Source: the human T2T-CHM13v2.0 reference genome, Homo sapiens
Strand: one strand, 5' to 3'
Length of the DNA stretch: 64,000 nt
NCBI RefSeq assembly: GCF_009914755.1
Contig: NC_060925.1
Shown here: piece after piece, positions 55,170 to 64,000 of the stretch
How positions within the stretch are numbered: the first letter of the stretch is position 1
How the letters are laid out: the number at the start of each line of letters is the position of its first letter
The notes under the pieces: model-generated
The model's database searches: none
Told to the model about the DNA's origin: nothing
What the model saw: only the letters and a program-made list of their open reading frames with translations
Translations under genes and position numbers: made by a program

Positions 55170-58100
55170 AATGGAATCGTCATCGAATGAATTTACTGCA
55201 ATCATCGAATGGTCTCGAATGGAATCATCTTCAAATGGAATGGAATGGAATCATCGCATAGAATCGAATGGAATTATCATCGAATGGAATCGAATGGAAT
55301 CAACATCAAACGGAAAAAAACGGAATTATCGAATGGAATCGAAGAGAATCATCGAATGGACCCGAATGGAATCATCTAATGGAATGGAATGGAATAATCC
55401 ATGTACTCGAATGCAATCATCATCGAATGGAATCGAATGAAATCATCGAATGGACTCGAATGGAATAATCATTGAACGGAATCGAATGGAATCATCATCG
55501 GATGGAAATGAATGGAATAATCATCGAATGGAATCGAATAGAATTATGGAATGAAATCCAGTGTGATCATCATCGAATGGACCCGAATGGAATCATCATC
55601 CAACGGAAGCTAATGGAATCAACATCGAATGAATCAAATGGAAACACCATCGAATTGAAAAGAATGGAATTATCATGAAATTGAAATGGATGGACTCATC
55701 ATCGAATGGATTCGAATGGAATCATCGAATAAAATTGATTGAAATCATCATCGAATGGAATCGAATGGTTTCATTGAATGGAATCGAATGGAATCATCAT
55801 CAGATGGAAATGAATGGAATCGTCATAGAATGGAATCGAATGGATTCATTGAATGGAATCAGATGGAATCATCGAATGGACTGGAATGGAATCATTGAAT
55901 GGACTCGAAAGGGATCATTGTTGAATGGAATTGAATGGAATCATCGAATGGTCTCGATTGGAATCATTATCAAATGGAATCGAATGGAATCACCGAATAG
56001 AATTAAATGGAACAATCATCGAATGGACTCAAATGGAATTATCCTCAAATGGAATCGAATGGAATTATCGAATGCAATCGAATGGAATTATCGAATGCAA
56101 TCGAATAGAATCATCGCAAGGACTCGAATGGAATCATCGAATGGAATGGAATGGAACAGTCAATGAACTCGAATGGAATCATCATTGAATGGAATCGAAT
56201 GGAATCATCGAGTGGAAACGAATGGAATTATGATCAAATGGAATCGAATGTAATCATCATCAAATGGAATCAAAAATAACCATCATCAATTGGTATTGAA
56301 TGGAATTGTCATCAAATGGAATTCAAAGGAATCATCATCAAATGGAACCGAATGGAATCCTCATTGAATGGAAATGAAAGGGGTCATCATCTAATGGAAT
56401 CGCATGGAATCATCATCAAATGGAATCGAATGGAATCATCATCAAATGGAATCTAATGGAATCATTGAATAGAATTGAATGGAATCGTCATCGAATGAAT
56501 TGAATGCAATCATCGAATGGTCTCGAATGGAATCATCTTCTAATGGAAAGGAATGGAATCATCGCATAGAATCGAATGGAATTATCATCGAATGGAATCG
56601 AATGGTATCAACACCAAACGGAAAAAAACGGAATTATCGAATGGAATCGAAGAGAATCTTCGAACGGACCCGAATGGAAACATCTAATGGAATGGAATGG
56701 AATAATCCATGGACTCGAATGCAATCATCATCGAATGGAATCGAATGGAATCATCGAATGGACTCGAATGGAATAATCATTGAACGGAATCAAATGGAAT
56801 CATCATCGGATGGAAACGAATGGAATAATCATCGAATGGAAATGAAAGGAGTCATCATCTAATGGAATTGCATGGAATCATCATAAAATGGAATCGAATG
56901 GAATCAACATCAAATGGAATCAAATGGAATCATTGAACGGAATTGAACGGAATCGTCATGGAATGAATTGACTGCAATCATCGAATGGTCTCGAAAGGAA
57001 TCATCTTCAAATGGAATGGAATGGAATCATCGCATAGAATCGAATGGAATTATCATCGAATGGAATCGAATGGAATCAACATCAAACGGAAAAAAACGGA
57101 ATTATCGAATGGAATCGAAGAGAATCATCGAATGGACCCGAATGGAATCATCTAATGGAATGGAATGGAATAATCCATGTACTCGAATGCAATCATCATC
57201 GAATGGAATCGAATGAAATCATCGAATGGACTCGAATGGAATAATCATTGAACGGAATCGAATGGAATCATCATCGGATGGAAATGAATGGAATAATCAT
57301 CGAATGGAATCGAATAGAATTATGGAATGAAATCCAGTGTGATCATCATCGAATGGACCCGAATGGAATCATCATCCAACGGAAGCTAATGGAATCAACA
57401 TCGAATGAATCAAATGGAAACACCATCGAATTGAAAAGAATGGAATTATCATGAAATTGAAATGGATGGACTCATCATCGAATGGATTCGAATGGAATCA
57501 TCGAATAAAATTGATTGAAATCATCATCGAATGGAATCGAATGGTTTCATTGAATGGAATCGAATGGAATCATCATCAGATGGAAATGAATGGAATCGTC
57601 ATAGAATGGAATCGAATGGATTCATTGAATGGAATCAGATGGAATCATCGAATGGACTGGAATGGAATCATTGAATGGACTCGAAAGGGATCATTGTTGA
57701 ATGGAATTGAATGGAATCATCGAATGGTCTCGATTGGAATCATTATCAAATGGAATCGAATGGAATCACCGAATAGAATTAAATGGAACAATCATCGAAT
57801 GGACTCAAATGGAATTATCCTCAAATGGAATCGAATGGAATTATCGAATGCAATCGAATGGAATTATCGAATGCAATCGAATAGAATCATCGCAAGGACT
57901 CGAATGGAATCATCGAATGGAATGGAATGGAACAGTCAATGAACTCGAATGGAATCATCATTGAATGGAATCGAATGGAATCATCGAGTGGAAACGAATG
58001 GAATTATGATCAAATGGAATCGAATGTAATCATCATCAAATGGAATCAAAAATAACCATCATCAATTGGTATTGAATGGAATTGTCATCAAATGGAATTC

Positions 58101-59600
58101 AAAGGAATCATCATCAAATGGAACCGAATGGAATCCTCATTGAATGGAAATGAAAGGGGTCATCATCTAATGGAATCGCATGGAATCATCATCAAATGGA
58201 ATCGAATGGAATCATCATCAAATGGAATCTAATGGAATCATTGAACAGAATTGAATGGAATCGTCATCGAATGAATTGAATGCAATCATCGAATGGTCTC
58301 GAATGGAATCATCTTCTAATGGAAAGGAATGGAATCATCGCATAGAATCGAATGGAATTATCATCGAATGGAATCGAATGGTATCAACACCAAACGGAAA
58401 AAAACGGAATTATCGAATGGAATCGAAGAGAATCTTCGAACGGACCCGAATGGAAACATCTAATGGAATGGAATGGAATAATCCATGGACTCGAATGCAA
58501 TCATCATCGAATGGAATCGAATGGAATCATCGAATGGACTCGAATGGAATAATCATTGAACGGAATCAAATGGAATCATCATCGGATGGAAACGAATGGA
58601 ATAATCATCGAATGGAAATGAAAGGAGTCATCATCTAATGGAATTGCATGGAATCATCATAAAATGGAATCGAATGGAATCAACATCAAATGGAATCAAA
58701 TGGAATCATTGAACGGAATTGAACGGAATCGTCATGGAATGAATTGACTGCAATCATCGAATGGTCTCGAAAGGAATCATCTTCAAATGGAATGGAATGG
58801 AATCATCGCATAGAATCGAATGGAATTATCATCGAATGGAATCGAATGGAATCAACATCAAACGGAAAAAAACGGAATTATCGAATGGAATCGAAGAGAA
58901 TCATCGAATGGACCCGAATGGAATCATCTAATGGAATGGAATGGAATAATCCATGTACTCGAATGCAATCATCATCGAATGGAATCGAATGAAATCATCG
59001 AATGGACTCGAATGGAATAATCATTGAACGGAATCGAATGGAATCATCATCGGATGGAAATGAATGGAATAATCATCGAATGGAATCGAATAGAATTATG
59101 GAATGAAATCCAGTGTGATCATCATCGAATGGACCCGAATGGAATCATCATCCAACGGAAGCTAATGGAATCAACATCGAATGAATCAAATGGAAACACC
59201 ATCGAATTGAAAAGAATGGAATTATCATGAAATTGAAATGGATGGACTCATCATCGAATGGATTCGAATGGAATCATCGAATAAAATTGATTGAAATCAT
59301 CATCGAATGGAATCGAATGGTTTCATTGAATGGAATCGAATGGAATCATCATCAGATGGAAATGAATGGAATCGTCATAGAATGGAATCGAATGGATTCA
59401 TTGAATGGAATCAGATGGAATCATCGAATGGACTGGAATGGAATCATTGAATGGACTCGAAAGGGATCATTGTTGAATGGAATTGAATGGAATCATCGAA
59501 TGTTCTCGATTGGAATCATTATCAAATGGAATCGAATGGAATCACCGAATAGAATTAAATGGAACAATCATCGAATGGACTCAAATGGAATTATCCTCAA
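55170..59600 (+). repeat. About 2.5 near-identical tandem copies of a 1776-bp canonical-length unit
   Basis: ORF offsets 55472/57248/59024 and 56479/58255. Markers: ccatgtactc, ttgaaaagaa, ggtttcatt, cattgttgaa, agaattaaatgg, cgcaaggac. Confidence 0.93.
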
Positions 59601-59649
59601 ATGGAATCGAATGGAATTATCGAATGCAATCGAATGGAATTATCGAATG

Positions 59650-62600
59650 CAATCGAATGGAATCACCGAATGGACTCGAATGGAATCATCGAATGGAATG
59701 GAATGGAAAAGTCAATGAACACGAATGGAATCATCACTGAATGGAATCGAATGGAATCATCGAGTGGAATCGAATGGAATTATGATAAAATGGAATCGAA
59801 TGTAATCATCATCAAATGGAATCAAAAATAACCATCATCAATTGGTATTGAATGGAATTGTTATCAAATGGAATTCAAAGGAATCATCATCAAATGGAAC
59901 TGAATGGAATCCTCATTGAATGGAAATGAAACGGGTCATCATCTAATGGAATAGCATGGAATAATCATCAAATGGAATCGAATGGAATCATCATCAAATG
60001 GAATCTAATGGAAACATTGAACAGAATTGAATGGAATCGTCATCGAATGAATTGAATGCAATCATCGAATGGTCTCGAGTGGAATCATCTTCTAATGGAA
60101 AGGAATGGAATCATCGCATAGAATCGAATGGAATTAACATTGAATTGACTCGAATGGAATCAACATCAAATGGAATCAAGCGGAATTATCGAATGAAATC
60201 GAAGAGAATCATCGAATGGACTCGAATTGAATCATCTAATGGAATGGAATGGAATAATCCACGGACTCGAATGCAATCATCATCGTATAGAATCGAATGG
60301 AATCATCGAATGGACTCGAATGGAATAACCATTGAACGGAATCGAATGGAATCATCATCGGATGGAAACGAACGGAATCATCATCGAATGGAAATGAAAG
60401 GAGTCATCATCTAATGGAATTGCATGGAATCATCATAAAATGGAATCGAATGGAATCATCATCAAATGGAATCAAATGGAAGCATTGAACGGAATTGAAT
60501 GGAATCGTCATCGAATGAATTGAATGCAATCATCGAATGGTCTAGAATGGAATCATCTTCAAATGGAATGGAATGGAATCATCGCATACAATCGAATGGA
60601 ATTATCATCGAATGGAATCGAATGGTATCAACATCAAACGGAAAAAAACGGAATTACCGAATGGAATCGAAGAGAATCTTCGAACGGACCCGAATGGAAT
60701 CATCTAATGGAATGGAATGGAATAATCCATGGACTCTAATGCAATCATCATCGAATGGAATCGAATGGAATCATCGAATGGACTCGAATGGAATAATCAT
60801 TGAACGGAATCGAATGGAATCATCATCGGATGGAAATGAATGGAATCATCATCGAATGGAATCGAATAGAATTATGGAATGAAATCCAGTGTGATCATCA
60901 TCGAATGGACCCGAATGGAATCATCATCCAACGGAAGCTAATGGAATCAACATCGAATGAATCGAATGGAAACACCATCGAATTGAAACGAATGGAATTA
61001 TCATGAAATTGAAATGGATGGACTCATCATCGAATGGATTCGAATGGAATCATCGAATAAAATTGATTGAAATCATCATCAAATGGAATCGAATGGTATC
61101 ATTGAATGGAATCGAATGGAATCATCATCAGATGGAAATGAATGGAATCGTCATAGAATGGAATCGAATGGATTTATTGAATGGAATCAGATGGAATCAT
61201 CGAATGGACTGGAATGGAATCATTGAATGGACTCGAAAGGGATCATGATTGAATGGAATTGAATGGAATCATCGAATGGTCTCGATTGGAATCATTATCA
61301 AATGGAATCGAATGGAATCACCGAATAGAATCGAATGGAACAATCATCGAATGGACTCAAATGGAATCATCCTCAAATGGAATGGAATGGAATTATCGAA
61401 TGCAATCGAATAGAATCATCGAATGGACTCGAATGGAATCATCGAATGGAATGGAATGGAACAGTCAATGAACTCGAATGGAATCATCATTGAATGGAAT
61501 CGAATGGAATCATCGAGTGGAATCGAATGGAATTATGATCAAATGGAATCTAATGTAATCATCATCAAATGGAATCAAAAATAACCATCATCAATTGGTA
61601 TTGAATGGAATTGTCATCAAATGGAATTCAAAGGAATCATCATCAAATGGAACCGAATGGAATCCTCATTGAATGGAAATGAAAGGGGTCATCATCTAAT
61701 GGAATCGCATGGAATCATCATCAAATGGAATCGAATGGAATCATCATCAAATGGAATCTGATGGAATCATTGAACAGAATTGAATGGAATCGTCATCGAA
61801 TGAATTGAATGCAATCATCGAATGGTCTCGAATGGAATCATCTTCTAATGGAAAGGAATGGAATCATCGCATAGAATCGAATGGAATTAACATTGAATGG
61901 ACTCGAATGGAATCAACATCAAACGGAATCAAGCGGAATTGTCGAATGGAATCGAAGAGAATCATCGAATGGACTCGAATGGAATAATCTAATGGAATTG
62001 AATGGAATAATCCACGGACTCGAATGCAATCATCATCGTATAGAATCGAATGGAATCATCGAATGGACTCGAATGGAATAATCATTGAACGGAATCGAAT
62101 GGAATCATCATCGGATGGAAACGAATGGAATCATCATCGAATGGAAATGAAAGGAGTCATCATCTAATGGAATTGCATGGAATCATCATCAAATGGAATC
62201 GAATGGAATCAACAGCAAATGGAATCAAATGGAATCATTGAACGGAATTGAATGGAATCGTCATCGAATGAATGAATGCAATCATCGAATGGTCTCGATT
62301 GCAATCATCTTCAAATGGAATGGAATGGAATCATCGCATAGAATCGAATGGAATTATCATCGAATGGAATCGAATGGTATCAACATCAAACGGAAAAAAA
62401 CGGAATTATCGAATGGAATCGAAGAGAATCATCGAACGGACCCGAATGGAATCATCTAATGGAATGGAATGGAATAATCCACGGACACGAATGCAATCAT
62501 CGTCGAATGGAATCGAATGGAATCATCGAATGGACTCGAATGGAATAATCATTGAACGGAATCGAATGGAATCATCATCGGATGGAAACGAATGGAATCA

Positions 62601-64000
62601 TCATCGAATGGAAATGAAAGGAGTCATCATCTAATGGAATTGCATGGAATCATCATCAAATGGAATCGAATGGAATCAACATCAAATGGAATCAAATGGA
62701 ATCATTGAACGGAATTGAATGGAATCGTCATCGAATGAATTGAATGCAATCATCGAATGGTCTCGAATGGAATCATCTTCAAATGGAATGGAATGGAATC
62801 ATCGCATAGAATCGAATGGAATTATCATCGAATGGAATCGAATGGTATCAACATCAGACGGAAAAAAACGGAATTATCGAATGGAATCGAAGAGAATCTT
62901 CGAACGGACCCGAATGGAATCATCTAATGGAATGGCAAGGAATAATCCATGGACTGGAAGGCAATCATCATTGAACGGAATCGAAAGGAATCATCATCGG
63001 ATGGAAACGACTGGAATCATCATCGAATGGAAATGAAAGGAGTCATCATCTAATGGAATTGCATGGAATCATCATAAAATGGAATCGAATGGAATCAACA
63101 TCAAATGGAATCAAATGGAATCATTGAACGGAATTGAATGGAATCGTCATCGAATGAATTGAATGCAATCATCGAATGGTCTCGAATGGAATCATCTTCA
63201 AATGGAATGGAATGGAATCATCGCATAGAATCGAATGGAATTATCATCGAATGGAATCGAATGGAATCAACATCAAACGGAAAAAAACGGAATTATCGAA
63301 TGGAATCGAATAGAATCATCGAATGGACCCGAATGGAATCATCTAATGGAATGGAATGGAATAATCCGTGGACTCGAATGCAATCATCATCGAATGGAAT
63401 CGAATGGAATCATCCAATGGACTCGAATGGAATAATCATTGAACGGAATCGAATGGAATCATCATCGGATGGAAATGAATGGAATCATCATCGAATGGAA
63501 TCGAATAGAATTATGGAATGAAATCCAGTGTTATCATCATCGAATGGACCCGAATGGAATCATCATCCAACGGATGCTAATGGAATCAACATCGAATGAA
63601 TCAAATGGAAACACCATCGAATTGAAACGAATGGAATTACCATGAAATTGAAATGGATGGACTCATCATCGAATGGATTCGAATGGAATCATCGAATAAA
63701 ATTGATTGAAATCATCATCGAATGGAATCGAATGGTATCATTGAATGGAATCGAATGCAATCATCATCAGATGGAAATGAATGGAATCGTCATAGAATGG
63801 AATCGAATGGATTCATTGAATGGAATCAGATGGAATCATCGAATGGACTGGAATGGAATCATTGAATGGACACGAAAGAGATCATGATTGAATGGAATTG
63901 AATGGAATCATCGAATGGTCTCGATTGGAATCATTATCAAATGGAATCGAATGGAATCACCGAATAGAATCGAATGGAACAATCATCGAATGGACTCAAA
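59650..64000 (+). repeat. Near-identical second copy of about 44140-48486 (offset 15514 bp), running off the window end
   Basis: ORF pairs 44517/60031, 46270/61784, 47205/62719 and 48128/63642 have identical translations; both copies share the 23-, 1- and 49-bp length variants. Confidence 0.94.

Larger units (their letters stand above)
1..64000 (+). repeat. Human Satellite II (HSat2/HSATII) pericentromeric array, probably HSat2A of the 1.77-kb chr1q12 type
   Basis: Continuous degenerate GGAAT repeat dominated by GAATGGAATCGAATGGAATCATCATC (reverse complement of CATTCGATTC-type HSat2, not pure CATTC-run HSat3). Very high TCGA density; 1776-bp unit with a single GAATTC; same strand throughout. 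Chromosome assignment is inferred from unit length only. Confidence 0.97.

Noticed and set aside
339-63887. About 280 short + strand ORFs (MESSSNELNAIIEWSRM..., MELSSNGIEWN..., up to 163 aa)
   Set aside because: They are translations of the GGAAT satellite in all three overlapping frames, low complexity (W/N/E/I/S/M-rich), and freely broken by stops and 1-bp indels between copies. There is no domain, splice or promoter context.
1-64000. CRISPR-like repeat/spacer interpretation of the 23-26-bp periodicity
   Set aside because: There are no unique spacers, leader or cas genes; the intervening sequence is itself the same repeat.
1-64000. HSat3 / DYZ1 or alpha-satellite assignment
   Set aside because: Pure (GGAAT)n runs are only about 3 units long, CATCATCGAATGGAATCG dominates, and there is no 171-bp or 3.6-kb period and no CENP-B box.
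1-64000. Embedded L1/Alu/LTR insertion, strand switch or unique island
   Set aside because: None seen on reading through. The longest A run is 7, no GC-rich or non-satellite segment appears, and anchor spacings are accounted for by module arithmetic. A RepeatMasker run would confirm.

Overview
The whole 64 kb window is one uninterrupted, single-orientation tandem array of human-type Satellite II (HSat2; CATTCGATTC/GAATCGAATG-rich, with the GGAAT/A-rich strand on +). I see no gene, transposon insertion, inversion or unique sequence, and every ORF in the track is a by-product of the repeat. The array is hierarchical. 23/26-bp sub-monomers (GAATGGAATC[ATC]1-2 + GAATGGAATC) build a 468-bp module (B) and an 840-bp block (A, carrying one EcoRI site). 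Macro-units are A + nB: 1308, 1776, 2244 and ~2712 bp. The 1776-bp EcoRI unit fits the classic 1.77-kb HSat2A repeat of chr1q12 (pUC1.77/D1Z1), though the chromosome is inferred. On top of this are recent larger duplications (offsets 7545, 4019/5794, 4488, 10728, 1578, 1776x3, 15514 bp) and several recombinant junctions. I found no evidence of a new gene-based system; the points of interest are the array's grammar and evolutionary history. All coordinates and periods were derived by eye and from ORF-track offsets, so block boundaries are approximate.
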